From assembly GCA_036785375.1 (NCBI GenBank), contig JAWMAR010000030.1, positions 7,564,001 to 7,628,000 of the forward strand: a DNA stretch of 64,000 bases, read 5' to 3'. Positions 51,001 through 63,814 of this stretch are shown one piece after another (position 1 is the first letter of the stretch; each line of letters opens with the position of its first letter). Position numbers and translations under genes: made by a program. Source of the stretch: Leucoraja ocellata. Lineage: Eukaryota. The notes beneath the pieces were generated by a model. The model was not told the DNA's origin and did no database searches. It worked only from the letters and a program-made list of their open reading frames with translations.

Positions 51001-54000
51001 TGGGGCTAACAATCAAAGCACACACGCACTTTCTTATGGACCTGGTAGATAAATTGGTCAGCATTGTTGATCAAAAGTCCATATGAAGATGTATATATGT
51101 GGTTTTGCAACCATGGTTTGAATTATACTTTAATCTGAGTTGGATTGATTGAGGAGGGTGCTGATTGATAGAACTAGTTTTCCCAGAAACCCAAACTGGA
51201 ACTGATACTCCTAAAAGCTTCACCTGATGATACACATAATTTTGAAGAAGGGTCTCGACCCGAAACGTCATCTATTCCTTCGCTCCATAGATGCTGCTTC
51301 ACACGTCGAGTTTCTCCAGCATTTTTGTCTACCATTTAATCTTGAGATAACGTTAACAATAAAGAGTATTTTGTAGATTTGTTTTAATGTCACAGTTAAT
51401 TCCCTGTTGGGTTTACCATGTGGTGGGATATAAAACGCATTCCATACTTGCCATGAACCAAACCAATTTTAACTCGATACATCTGGCAAGAATTAGGAGT
51501 ACTTGTATTGGAATCTATATTTTGAACCCACCCAATTTTACTGATCTTCCAAACTATCTGGTTGCAGCATTTGCACTTTTTAAAATCTGAACTTTCTCTA
51601 GGTATAACACTATATTCTGCACTCTGCTCCCTTTCCTTTTTTTGGGATACCTGTTGCACCATGTATGGTATAATTGTTCTCATAAATGATGTGATCTGCC
51701 TGGATACCACACGAAACAAAGTATTTCACTGTGTCCTGGTGGACATGACAATATTAAGCCAATAACAAACCAAACACAAATGAAACTCAAATCCCACCAG
51801 CTGCATTACTTCAAATTAGACTATTTCAGAACACAACATATTAACCAGCGTCCTTACAGGTAATCCCCGTGGTCCCGTTGGTCCTGAAATTCCCATGTCT
51901 CCCTTATCGCCCTAAAACAAAACCAATTAAACACAATTAGCGAACAGCCCATATAATCAAAGTAAAATGTGTTAATTCTATCAATTGATACTAACTTCTT
52001 CAATTAAAGCTACAACAAAAGTTCTTCATTGAGATGAGCTTGTGCACATGGTTGAATACTTACAGAGGGCATGTGCTCACGTTTATGCTCTTGCGATGAA
52101 TGTTTAGATGGGTTTCACTTTATCTTTCTTATGCACATGGTGTACAAAGTTTGCATTGAAAAATATATATTTTGCTGAGCAATAACTAAATCAGCTTGCG
52201 TACAACCGAGACATACTGACCAGGACCACCCTGTGTTTATTGCCCAGTTATTTGACATCATTATATGCGGATGCCATAATGATGCCAAAGATTGAGGAAA
52301 TGAAGAAAAATCTGGCAGTGCTCCATTTCAGGTCATTTTCAATGACTCTTGCTAGGAAGTGCACGTGCATGTCTAAACACAACCTGTCATAATCTCTAAA
52401 GTTCTTGAATCATTAGACCTGCCCTTCGGATACCTTCCTCACTCTTCAAAGGTGTAATCATTTTAGTGTGAACGTCATGACATTGAGATTTTTGTGGCCA
52501 CTTTATTAAGTTACCTGTGACTTCATAATCTCTATTAATTCTCTCCTTGACTTGTTGCATTACTGACAACATCCCACATCTCCTTACTGCTCCATCTACG
52601 CACCATTCACTTCCACTCCCACAGGAGTCAGAATCACCTCCTCTCTCTGCTTAAAATAAATAAAAAGACCAATATCTCTCGAAAGCCCTTCCCGTGGCTT
52701 TCAGTCGCTATTCAGTTGCCTATCCTGCTGAGTTTCTCTAGCTATTTGTGTCTATCTTCGGTTCAAATCAGCATCTGCAGTTCCGTCCTACACAATGAAA
52801 TACCAGTCTTTGCTTCCAAATGTTTGGCACACCTGTGGTTTGATGTTACAGCTACATGATTGCTTGTCACACCACAACTGAGTGTATTGTGTGCATGTTC
52901 TAAGCACTACATTATTGGAAGGATATACTGGCCCTGGAAGAGTAACGTTGATCTATCCAAATGTTTCCTGGACCAATGTATAAATTAGGAGATGATATAA
53001 TCTAAGGCCCCATTCACTGTACATCTAGAAGGTTATGGCAGATCTGTATGAAGTTTACAAGATATTAAAAGGAACTGATGGATGAGAGAGAAGCCATTTC
53101 TGCTTGGGGGAAGTCTAGAACTTGGGCATATTGATGAAATATTTTTGAAGAATGACAAGAAGTGTGAGCCATCTTTTATTAACCATAGGTAGTATGGGAT
53201 CTAGTGAAAGGATCTAGGAAAAATATACAGTTGTGTCAAAGATCAGCCATGGGCTTTTAAACTGACGTATAGATATCTTTGTTAATTCTTGAGTTCTGCT
53301 GTAGTTTCACGTTTATTATTTTGTCTCGGAGACCTTATAGAATTCCACATGTGGCATTTAGTTTTATCCCGCTCCTACCTCACCTCTGGGTCATGACCAT
53401 AACTGTCTGTGAGTTCCTACCCGAGATAAAATCATAAACGATGAGAAGATTTATGATGCTCAGAGTTGAAGCTATTGTATCCATATTGCAAACATCTAAC
53501 AAGAAATGCATGTGAAATTCAAGCTGGGAATCAAAAATATTTAGTCCTGCTCCTTCCAAAGTTGGACTTCAAACAACAAATGATAACCAACTCCAGCCAC
53601 TTTTATTATTTATGCTGTCCTTCATCCAGCCCATTGTCAATGTTGCTTAAGTACTCAGTTCAACCTCACAGCTTTGGATAGAGCAATCCACATATATTTT
53701 GAATACTTGGATTGAATTTCAAATAAGTTTCCTGATTGGAAGTGAACAATATGGCTTTGATAATTTTATACTTCTGACATTTATAAATTGATCTCTGGTA
53801 GACAGAATCAAGGGATATGAGGAGAAAGCAGGAACAGGGTACTAATTGTGGATGATCAGCCATGAATGGCGGTGCTGTCTCGAAGGGCCGAGTGGCCTAC
53901 TCCTGCACCTATTTTCTATGTTTCCTGTAATGAAATCAACAGCACTTTCAAGAAAGGCTGTACATCTTGCCAATGAGGGAAGATCTTGCACTCTAGCCAA

Positions 54001-57000
54001 GGATACGTCAACTATCCATGTTCACCAAAGATGCTGCCTGACGCGTTGAGTTACTCTTACTGTCTTCATCGGCACCAAAACATAGTAACACTTGTATACT
54101 GCCTGGATGAGGACTGCTACATGATTTTACCAGGTTGTATGCAAAACAAACCATTTCACTGTACCTAGGTACATGTGACAAAGTATAATTGAATGTCCAT
54201 AAGCAATGAATTATGACGTCCCCCGAATCTGATGCTTTTTCCATTAGCAATTACCAACATCAAAACAAGTAAAGGGTTCAGGCAAAGATATTGGCTTGTA
54301 GTTTTCTTAACTGCTTAGCTGCAAAATTGGACATGTGCAGGGTTACTGCATAATTGGCATTACTATATGCTGCCACTTATCAGTTGTGCCATATATACAC
54401 AAGATGAGGAGTCACTATAATCAGAATGTAAAATATATTAATTTTACTATAAATTCCATCTTTATGCCCATCTATTGTAATCTCTCACATGGAGTGAGGA
54501 CCTAAAAGTCACGATACATACCAATAAATTTGCACATAAAATCACTTGGAATTAAAATATTGGTCATAAGCATTTACATTCAACTATTTACTATTCTGTA
54601 CGGTGTCCATGGAGATTTGCAATTGAAATTGCCTTAGCCCAATGGCCCACATTTCGTCTCACTCTTACCCTTTCTCCTTTTGGTCCTGCTGGCCCTGGTA
54701 CACCCTACATAGAAATGAATATATTTATATATTTAAGAACAACACACTACCCTCACCTGTTTCAATGCCATTAACAAAAAAGGCCTAGCATTAGAGCGGA
54801 AGGGCACTTAGATCATTCAGAGAATAGTACATGAACCAGTTGCTCAGCCTAAAGAAAATTAAGTAGCGCATTCTTAGTAGGACTGGGGCATTTCTGTTGG
54901 TGAAATAAGCCTGGGTTTTACCAATGTGATGAATAGGATCTGTAGAACATATAAAATGAGGCAGTGCCTTGAATTCATCTGCCCACCAATTTCATGTGTC
55001 TCCTCTTGTGTCTTCTATGTGGCCAAACAGGTGAATTTAGAAATGGTGAACCAAGAGACTTAACACTGCCATTTTGTGGCTCTGTTCTAAAATCAAGATT
55101 GCAATACAATTAAGTACATTATTTCTTAGGACGGGTGAGTGAATGAAAAGAAAATATAGACCGTAGGATAAAATCCTTGGCAGTTTACGTGGAATTTATG
55201 TAGATGGAAATGTAGTCTGCATGGCCCTCTTTTGTTTATCAGGTACCCATGGGAAAATAAGATTGTTGCCCTGTGTATTGCTGATAACTATCTGAAGAGC
55301 CTTTGGCTCATTGATGCAGTAAAAAAGCTCAGTAATTTTGTCAGTACAGGCATACAGGGACATTAATGAGCTTACTCAAATTCTTTTCAGCTTTTTAAAA
55401 TTACCATCTGAAATAAAAATCGAGATGTTGGATATATCGAACAGGTCAGGCAGCATCTGAGGAAAGAGAAACACTTTGTCCAATGCGGAAAATTATCTCA
55501 GTTTCACTTTCCACAGATGCTGCCTGATCTACTATGTGTTTCCAGGATTTTTTCCTTTAGATTTTAGATCTTTGTTATCTGCAGTTTTTTTTGGTTTTTA
55601 TTTACTGTGGGATTAACATCTTTCTTACTGTATTGATTCATGTGAGAAAATGCACATAAACTACTGTTGAGGACAAGCCACCATGCAGCACAGTGAAGGC
55701 TGGACATTTCTCTTGGTCATTAATTATATATGGAAAATGCATTGTAAATTGCTTCAGTCATTTTTCTACTGACATTCCGAGGCAAAGTACAAACTCCTGC
55801 TATTTTAATATGCAGATTAGCATACATGACAAATAAATATATCTACTCCAGTGGGATAATGGACAGATATTCTTTGGTTGAGGTGTCCAAGGGATGAGGG
55901 AGGCTTTTGATTCCAATGCAAAATTACTAGAGAACATCCAGTACTGGAGCAGCCTACATATATTGAACTGATACATGACAAAAAGGGATCAAGTTCCGTC
56001 TCCACTATGGAAGGTTGAAAAAAATCTGCTGCGCCTAGCTCAAGGGTCCAATTCTGCAGTAACAAACTAAAAAAAAAAGGCATATTCTCCTACATTTTGC
56101 AGCGGTCCCTGCAGTAATAGGCTGGTGATGTTCCTTAAAAAAATCTCAGAGCCTTCAAGAAGGCAGGGGAACATAAGACATTCAGCCTCATTCGACACTG
56201 TGATTTATTTTCCAATATTAAAAAAAACGGAATAGTTATGTTTAGGTCTGTGCATTTCTTATTTTATTGAAAACCTAAGTGATGTATTTTGTTAAAATCT
56301 AGTAATCCTGAGCAAGGGAAGAACCAGCTAAACAGAAAGCGTGCATCTGCATTTTCAAGTGGGCTGCCAAAGAAATGAATCTAATTGAAATTCAGTCTCA
56401 CTAATGTACACTTTGAAATGTTGATACACTGCAGTGCCAATTGCTGTTGGTTACTGGACATGATTATGAAGGTACCTATACCCTACAGAAGGGTTCGCCA
56501 CTTCCAAGTAGTAGAGCTAGCACTTCATGGGCATGGTTCCTGCCGGTGGGGACATAAATCGTCCTACTAGGCGTCTACTAACCTCACAACAATGCTCCTT
56601 AGGCAGAGACTATAATTTTGACGAGTTCCACTGAGTAATGAATGTATGAATAGGAAAGTGTATTTTGTGGTGAATATCAGTATTCCAGGGCATTGTTGAT
56701 TATCAACAAGCCAGTCCTGTTCTTGAGGGAAATACTAGTCAATGGGAGGTGGGATGTCTCTTGCTCTGATCTTCGGAACTCTGTACCTAGTGGTTGGATC
56801 AAGTAGTTAGTCACAACCAAGGGATTTTCTTCACTTTTGCAAAGTTTACCTTTGAGGAGACTTTCTCTCTTAGGGTGTTCTGAACAATTTGGCTAAACCG
56901 ATTAACATCTATGCTAACTTGCTTAAATGGATGGGATGTTTACAATACATTAACTTATCAAAGACTGTACAGGCCACTGTATGGAATCGCAGAAGCTCAG

Positions 57001-60000
57001 CCTAGCAATGGGGTTTCATAAATGACACCAGAGAATATAGATTGGGAGTGAAATTTGGCATGAGTACTTTACCCTTTCTAGTCGACCGAAATTGAATTTT
57101 ATCGCAATGATTTCGGAATCTGTGCAACAAATCTTGCAGCATGGATATGTGTTACACTTTAATTTGAAGGGTCCACTTTGGTCAGTATAACTCAGTAAGA
57201 TCATAGGCCCAAGTTACACATCAACATTAAATGCTTCAGACCTACTAAGACAGGATAGATTTACTGTAAACCACAGATTGCTTTGGTATATGTAAATGTA
57301 GGACAATTGCTAGAACCAAAATTGCATCCCGCTCAACAAAACTAATTTTGTTTAAAAGCATTTTAATTCTTTATTTCCTACATTTGTTAATTTACCAGAA
57401 TTACAACGCTGTGGCTGCAATATTTGTAGCCATTGAACAGTCACGTTACTTAAGCATTTCCTAATCCGAATGGTAAACCAAAATGTTAATTAAGCAGTCG
57501 CATGCACTGGCATATATCTCATGCTTCATTGACAATGGTAATGATTCACTGTACAGGCATGGATTCCAGCGATGTTAAATTCACAATGCAGTCCAACAGC
57601 AGTGTAGCAGGCACGAACTATCTAGGAGAATGGACATACAGAACTCACCAGTGGTCCAGGCTGTCCATCTAAGCCAGAAGCACCCTGGACAGTGTATGAA
57701 GTGTTAAAAGTGGAAAGAACAGTGGGGAAGAAATGAATGTAGCAGTGAAAAGGGACATGTGCTGGCATAACTCAATGAAAGGTGATGACATAATGTTGAA
57801 AGGGATGAAGACTTGACATATCTATCAGCACACATGAAAGCTTTTGGAAACACAAACAATTTAGCTGAATATTTCAGGCTTTTGAATTTGCTTTAATATT
57901 TTGATAGTGAATTGGCAATGGAAACATCATTGTGGTTACCAGGAGTTACCTGTGTAATAATTTTACAGAACAGGTAACCAGCACAGGAACTAGCTGAAAA
58001 TACCAAATGCCAAATCTTCACAATTAGCAAAGAGTGAATATGACCAGCACCTTGTGTGATTGAAAGTGAATTATGATACATGTACACTGGATCAATAATG
58101 AATTATGGCAATGTTGGTGATAAAGCATTGTTTTCTATCCATTACACAATGGATAATGGATTATCTAATGCAGAAAGAAATACGCTATTTCAACATTAGA
58201 CTTCACACACATACACATACACACACGCACACACACACTGCAACTGCAGCTTTCAATACCTAGTATATTCTCATGTTTCTGTGACTTTAATAGTGAATTT
58301 AAGCTTGCGTTTTTTTTTTCCATCTGCCTAATCTTTAAATTCTGTTGATCACCCAGAACTAAGGAAGGACTTCCCTATAGTTATTGATGTTACCCATAGA
58401 TTATGTAGAATGGTTCCGTTTCCTCTGGAAGGATTGTGATCTCACTCAGAGGGCTTGACAAATTGGATGTACACATAAATGCTGGAGAAACTCAGCGGAT
58501 GCAGCAACATCTATGGAGCGAAGGAAATCGGCAACCTTTCGGGCCGAAACAGCTGAGTTTCTCCAGTATTTTTGTGTACCTTCGATTTTCCAGCATCTGC
58601 AGTTCCTTCTTAAACACTTTGACAAATTGGATATTGTATTTTTCTCTTGGATGGTGAATCTCAAAACAATGTTCCCAGGACAAGGGTTCCGCCTCTTAAT
58701 TGGGCTATGGAGATGTGACTTTACTCGGGTTTTGAGTGCTCAATACTTTCAAGAACCAGTTCAATAGCTTTTTAAATAAGAATGGGATTGGCAAATATGG
58801 TGACATTTGACAGGAATGTACAGTTATGGTAGAAGACAGACTGTAACTTCAAACCAATTCTGAGAAGCCTTGATGAATGGGCAAATTCTGTTCATTTATG
58901 AGTATTCCTCATTAGGACACCATGAATGATTAAAGATAGTTATTACATTTTGAAAAATCTTTCATTTAAAAAAACATGTCCCGTGCCTCGATTTGTCCTT
59001 GCGAATAATTTTGGAATGCAAAAATACTAAATTGAGTTTTGATGAAAGGAATTTCAGCTGCATGCATGGCTGAAGACCCAGACTCTGCAGTAGAGAACAT
59101 GGATAATGCTGGTCTAAAAGCTATGACTTTGTTCTTGATAATCTTGACCCTGCTCAGTATCAAGCTTGGCCCATGTGCCATGTTTGTGTTGATTTATGCT
59201 GTAGATGCTGATTCAGAAAGGCTCGGCTTAATTTTCAGACCAGCATTTTGCTCAAAAAGCCCAGAAATAAGTCTCTGGAAGTGAGACATAGCTGGTGCTT
59301 ACTTTCCTTTTAATTTAATTTAGTTTAGAGATGCAGTGCGGAAACAGGCCCTTAGGTCCACCTGGTCCTCGAAGACCAGCAATCACCGCATATTAACACT
59401 ATCCTACACACACTAGGGACAATTTTGACATTTACCAAGCCAATTTACCTACATACCTGAACATTTTTGGAGTGTGGGAGGAAACCGAAGATCTCGGAGC
59501 AAACCCATGTAGGTCACAGGGAGAACGTACAACCTTCATACAGATACTATAGCACAAGTGGTTGGGATCAAACCTGGGTCTCCGGCGCTGCAAGCACTAT
59601 AAGGCAGCAACTCTACCGCTGCGCCACCGTGGCCCCCCCTTCCTCGTTCTGCGGCTGTTGCATTGGTTCTCACTTGGTTTTGTTGCCCTTATTTTCGCCC
59701 CCTACCATCACTGCCCTTCTCCTCCCCAAAATTCCCTGGAACTCTATTTATTTCTTGGAAAGTTAGCCCGGCCAATATCCAACCTATTTAATGTTACGTT
59801 TTTTCAGTTTTATGGGAAGTGAGGCTGAGAGGGTTGCACGCACTAAAACAATTCATGGCTTGTCAAGGAGTGGTAGGTTTCTGCAGAAGCACCAAGGACC
59901 AAGTTGATTCCTCCCCTTCAGAGATTGAATTCAACATGAAGTTGTTAAGTGGGCAGATGTTCACCTCTGGAACTGCTCACCTGACTGTACAGGTAAATTT

Positions 60001-63000
60001 AAAAAATTCCCTAAACTGATGTGTCTTTTAGTTTTAAAAACGGTAGTCTAACGTGCGGTAACACACAAGTTATGGTTAGATGGTTTCTATAAAATTAGCT
60101 GTCTAAAGAATGAATATGATTTGTAGACCATGTTAATTTCACTCTCATGCCCAGAAATCCCACATTGACAGTATCCGCTACAAGTACAGATTGATGGCAG
60201 TAACAGAAAATAGAACTTACAGGCAGTCCCAAGGGACCTCGATCACCTCTATCACCTTTGAAGCCTTCTGACCCAGGCTCGCCCTACATCAATGAGAAAA
60301 TTGTGGTGTAATATGTTCACAATGTCATATCTGTATCATACATATGCTATCCAATTTACACACATAAAGCCACTACTAAACATTCTAAGGTATAAATATC
60401 TTGGAGCTAAACTGTGAAGTCCAAATACTAATATTGAAAAGGAATACCAGCTAAAATGTAGAGTCTGGACCCTTGGCCAGCTAACTCTGTTGGCCATGAA
60501 ATACTGAAGATGTCCTGTTAGGTCAAGCAGAAATTGTGGAGAGAGACAGTTCATCTTGCAGCTGCAGGATCTTTCCTCAGAATTCTCTCTCTACAGATGC
60601 TGCCTGACCTGCTAAATTCTTTTTAACATTTCCAATTTTTAATGTAGTTACCATGATGCAATAAACGACAGATCCAACATGTGGGAAATAAGGCGTGTTG
60701 TAGATTGTTAGCTTGTGGTAGCTTTCATAAAGCAAATTAACTCCTAGCGTTTGAGAACATTATACCATACTTAGTCAAAAATATGATGTGTCGTTTCAAT
60801 TTTCATTTTGTTAATGATATTTAATGTTGATCTTTCAGAATCAAAAATTTGAAAATCTATATTAAAATACATAATGGAAGTGAATTAAAAAAAAACCCAG
60901 TTAATTTGGTGAGGACAATGAGAGTTTGTGGATTTTAGATTAAATAATGTACCATCCAGGAGGCAACAAGCATTGCCTCAGGCTGAACAACTCATTCCAT
61001 GAATTCTTTCCCACTCAGACCTTTTCAAAACATGTATCGAAGTCAAAGATCAAATGTGTTCTATTTTTATCAATCAACAAATTTAAACTATTGTATAGCG
61101 AGAGAAACTGTTACACTGAAAGTAAGCAGCAGCAAGTCTATATTATCGTACAAAGCTCATGAGACATTATTCTAAATATATATTATACACTATTGCAAAA
61201 GTAGTTCAAGAATAATTAAAATTACCTTTGTCCCTGAAAAGCCATGAGGACCCTGGGCAGAACAGATTAGAAAGCCGGTTTAAAATAAAGAACATTTCAT
61301 CCAGATTACAATATAACAAGCTCATTTCCAATGGCAACATTTCCAAATTTATCAAAATGACTGAAAGGATAATGGATTTTAGCTACACGGTTAGGTTGTA
61401 AGAGTTGGAACAGGGGTTCTTCTCCTTAGATGGTAGGTTTGATATGAGATGAAGACAAGCTTGGATAAGGTAGACAAAGAAATATTGCTCCCATTTGTGG
61501 GCGGCAAAGGGACTAGAGTTTACGATTTGGGGACGTAATACGCGGGCAATTTGAGGAACGACTCTTTTAGGCATGTCGGTAGCAAAAATCTTGGAACCTA
61601 CTGCCCAATAGGGTAGTGGAAGTTGAGGCATGTGATTTTCAAAAGAAAATTAGGTTTACACTTGAGGGAAGTAAACTTGCAGGATACGGGGACAGGGCAG
61701 GGCAATATTGGTGTATATTGGTATCAGGCTTGCATTTGTTGGTGTATTTCTGAATGACAATAACATTTTTGATTGATTGATTGGATAGGACTGACTGGAT
61801 TGATCAACAGGGGTTAGCATTGGCACAATGGGCTGAATGGCTTCCTTTTGTGTTGTAATGACAGTGGACTCTCTGACAAATGAACATATTGCTCTTTTCA
61901 AGTCCTGATGCACTTAAAGCAATCTAACTATTCTTAAGCATAAAGCAAGCCAGATATGCTATCAACGTATGGTCCAGATGTGTATGATATACAAGTTTTC
62001 CATTCAAAGATAGCTGTTTCAAATATAATTAAGTGCCCTGGAATGATGAGGTATGAAAAGACTTTATAAAAATCAAGGGTCTTTCAACAGGCATAACTAA
62101 TTACAGTGCGATTAAAGGATATAGTTTACATTCAAATTTACACCTTGTTAATGGATCACCTCTGCTGATGCAATACCCTTAAAATTAAAATTAAGCGTAA
62201 CTCTGCGAGCAAACGTATTGAGTATGAGAGGTCATGCTAGCTTCGTCCTCGTCTTTCATCCCAAGTTGAGAAGAATGGAGGCTTACCTTTGGACCTGGGG
62301 GGCCCTCAGGCCCAGGTATTCCTGGCGGCCCAATAACCTGCAAAAGGAAGAAACATCTTTCAGTGTATACACTAGGCAAACTTTGCAAAAGGTTCATGAA
62401 ACAGTGGACTGTGCTGTGCAGGTTCTGATTGTGACTTGTAAAATGGATAGTAGTTTGCTGATTGAGTGGAAATCCTTTTACATGTTGCCATTTGACAGAC
62501 AAAAAGATTTCGGGGGATTTAGGCCAAATACGGGCTAATGGGACCAGCTCAGATGGGGTATCTTGGTCAGCATGGATGAGTTGGACCGAAGGGCTGGTTT
62601 CCATGCTGTATGACATTAAACACACCAAATCACACATACGTCAGTAATACCCAGAGCTATCTTTTGTCTAATTCTTAGATTTAATTGTTTCCAAAATCTG
62701 ATTTTGCTGGATGAAAAATGTTTTGTGTTTTTTTTACAATTTGCTTCAAGTTTCATCTGAAATTGTCCTTTCCTGTGATCTGGATTGCATTGCAAGCTTC
62801 AATGGTCATTTTCAGAAAAGGGTAAATTTGTAAAGAAGATACATTTTCAGGGCTAGGGACTAATAGCAAAGTTCTTTCTAAGAGGTGGAATTGCAAATTG
62901 GGTGAATAGCCCCCCTTTTGGATGCCCTCTGGTACAAACATAGGGCATCGATCCTGCCCTCGGCTGCTGCATGTGTGGTGTTTGCACGTTCTCCCTGTGA

Positions 63001-63536
63001 CTGCGTAGGTTTCCTCCGGGTGCAAAGGTTTCCTCCCACATCCCAAAGACGTACGGGTTTGTAGGTCAATTGGTCTCTGTAAATTGCCCCCAATGTGTAG
63101 GGAGTGGATGGCAAAATGGGATAACATTGAACTTGTGTGAACGGGTGATCAATGGTCAGCCTGGACTTGGTGGAGAGAACGGTTTGTTTCCATCTCTAAA
63201 AACAAAACAAAAACTAGAAAAGGATCTAAATCAGGCACTGGGATGAAGAGTGGGAATTAAATAGGGCTAGATGTTAAATGGAAGTGGTTAAATGTAATGG
63301 GAACTTAAACGGGATGGAGAGGAAATCGAGACCAGCAGCCATTTCCTTGGCACCAATATGGTACTATTCTTCAAGACCACTTTGACCCTATAGTGTTAAG
63401 CACCAAAATGAAGCGAGCATCAGCTGCAGATACTCACAGTTGAGCCTGGAAGTCCAACAGGGCCTGGCAATCCAGGAGGGCCTTGTAATCCTGGCTCTCC
63501 CCTTTCTCCTTTTTCACCTGTGGGCCCATCTAAACC
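42006..63536 (-). CDS. COL13A1: Membrane-associated collagen, type XIII alpha-1-like, 3' part (COL3 and NC4 domains)
   Basis: Phase-0 Gly-X-Y exons 63438-63536, 62287-62337, 61226-61252, 60221-60283, 57649-57684, 54669-54704, 51858-51911, 50435-50470, then 47930-48016 or 47303-47380, then 43347-43385 ([13 protein letters not shown]) and stop at 42008-42006. The C-terminus [20 protein letters not shown] matches my recollection of collagen XIII rather than XXIII or XXV. Confidence 0.85.
43347..43385 (-). CDS. COL13A1: Collagen NC4 exon, 39 nt
   Basis: [13 protein letters not shown]; atag| and |gtaagt. Confidence 0.92.
47303..47380 (-). CDS. COL13A1: Collagen exon, 78 nt (alternative B)
   Basis: [26 protein letters not shown]; acag| and |gtatgg. 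Confidence 0.88.
47930..48016 (-). CDS. COL13A1: Collagen exon, 87 nt (alternative A)
   Basis: [29 protein letters not shown]; gcag| and |gtatgt. Confidence 0.9.
49150..49232. repeat. 83-bp near-perfect palindrome
   Basis: 41-bp arms 49150-49190 and 49192-49232, one mismatch, 1-nt spacer. Confidence 0.95.
49270..50020 (+). mobile_element. Degraded CR1 fragment with nested Penelope-derived repeat (49724-49870)
   Basis: gatgacactaaaataggt (DDTKIG); nested insert flanked by 14-bp TSD aattgagtatagaa at 49710-49723 and 49871-49884. Confidence 0.75.
50435..50470 (-). CDS. COL13A1: Collagen exon, 36 nt
   Basis: [12 protein letters not shown]; tcag| and |gtaaga. Confidence 0.88.
51241..51335 (+). 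mobile_element. Penelope-derived repeat with hammerhead motif (C3 to T)
   Basis: TTGAAGA-A-GGGT-CTCG-ACCC-GAAA-CG-TC-a followed by the family body. Confidence 0.7.
51858..51911 (-). CDS. COL13A1: Collagen exon, 54 nt
   Basis: [18 protein letters not shown]; ttag| and |gtaagg. Confidence 0.9.
54669..54704 (-). CDS. COL13A1: Collagen exon, 36 nt
   Basis: [12 protein letters not shown]; gtag| and |gtaaga. Confidence 0.88.
57649..57684 (-). CDS. COL13A1: Collagen exon, 36 nt
   Basis: [12 protein letters not shown]; ccag| and |gtgagt. Confidence 0.85.
58469..58618. mobile_element. Palindromic Penelope-derived repeat
   Basis: 14-bp TSD ttgacaaattggat at 58455-58468 and 58619-58632. Confidence 0.8.
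59313..59636 (-). mobile_element. V-SINE (HE1-like)
   Basis: Reverse complement of the 19165 family; ctctaccgctgcgccaccgtggcccc head at right end. Confidence 0.85.
60221..60283 (-). CDS. COL13A1: Collagen exon, 63 nt
   Basis: [21 protein letters not shown]; gtag| and |gtaagt. Confidence 0.9.
61226..61252 (-). CDS. COL13A1: Collagen exon, 27 nt
   Basis: GPHGFSGTK; ccag| and |gtaatt. Confidence 0.82.
62287..62337 (-). CDS. COL13A1: Collagen exon, 51 nt (Gly-X-Y interruption)
   Basis: [17 protein letters not shown]; gcag| and |gtaagc. Confidence 0.9.
62943..63200 (+). mobile_element. V-SINE, 5'-truncated
   Basis: tcgatcctgccctcggctgctgcatgtgtggtgtttgcacgttctccc core; short-repeat tail. Confidence 0.8.
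63438..63536 (-). CDS. COL13A1: Collagen exon, 99 nt
   Basis: [33 protein letters not shown]; ttag| and |gtgagt. Confidence 0.92.
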
Positions 63537-63606
63537 CTAAACACATAATACAAAAGGAAACTACTTCAGGGCATTGAAGGCTAATTCAAAATGCTCTAGT
63601 CTAAGT

Positions 63607-63814
63607 GTTCAAGAAGGAACTGCAGATGCTGGAAGATCGAAGGTACGCAAAAATGCTGGAGAAACTCAGCGGGTGCAGCAGCATCTATGGAGCGAAGGAA
63701 ATAGGCGATGTTTTGGGCCGAAGAAGGGTTTTCGGCCCGAAACGTCGCCTATTTCCTTCGCTCAATAGATGCTGCTGCACCCGCTGAGTTTCTCCAGTAT
63801 TTTTGTGTACCTTT
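63607..63814. mobile_element. Palindromic Penelope-derived repeat
   Basis: About 85-bp inverted arms; 16-bp TSD atgctctagtctaagt at 63591-63606 and 63815-63830. Confidence 0.85.

Noticed and set aside
69-63814. CRISPR-like or retron-like prokaryotic system suggested by the recurring palindromic repeats
   Set aside because: The repeats are dispersed with TSDs in spliceosomal introns of vertebrate genes; there is no regular repeat-spacer array and no cas genes or operon.
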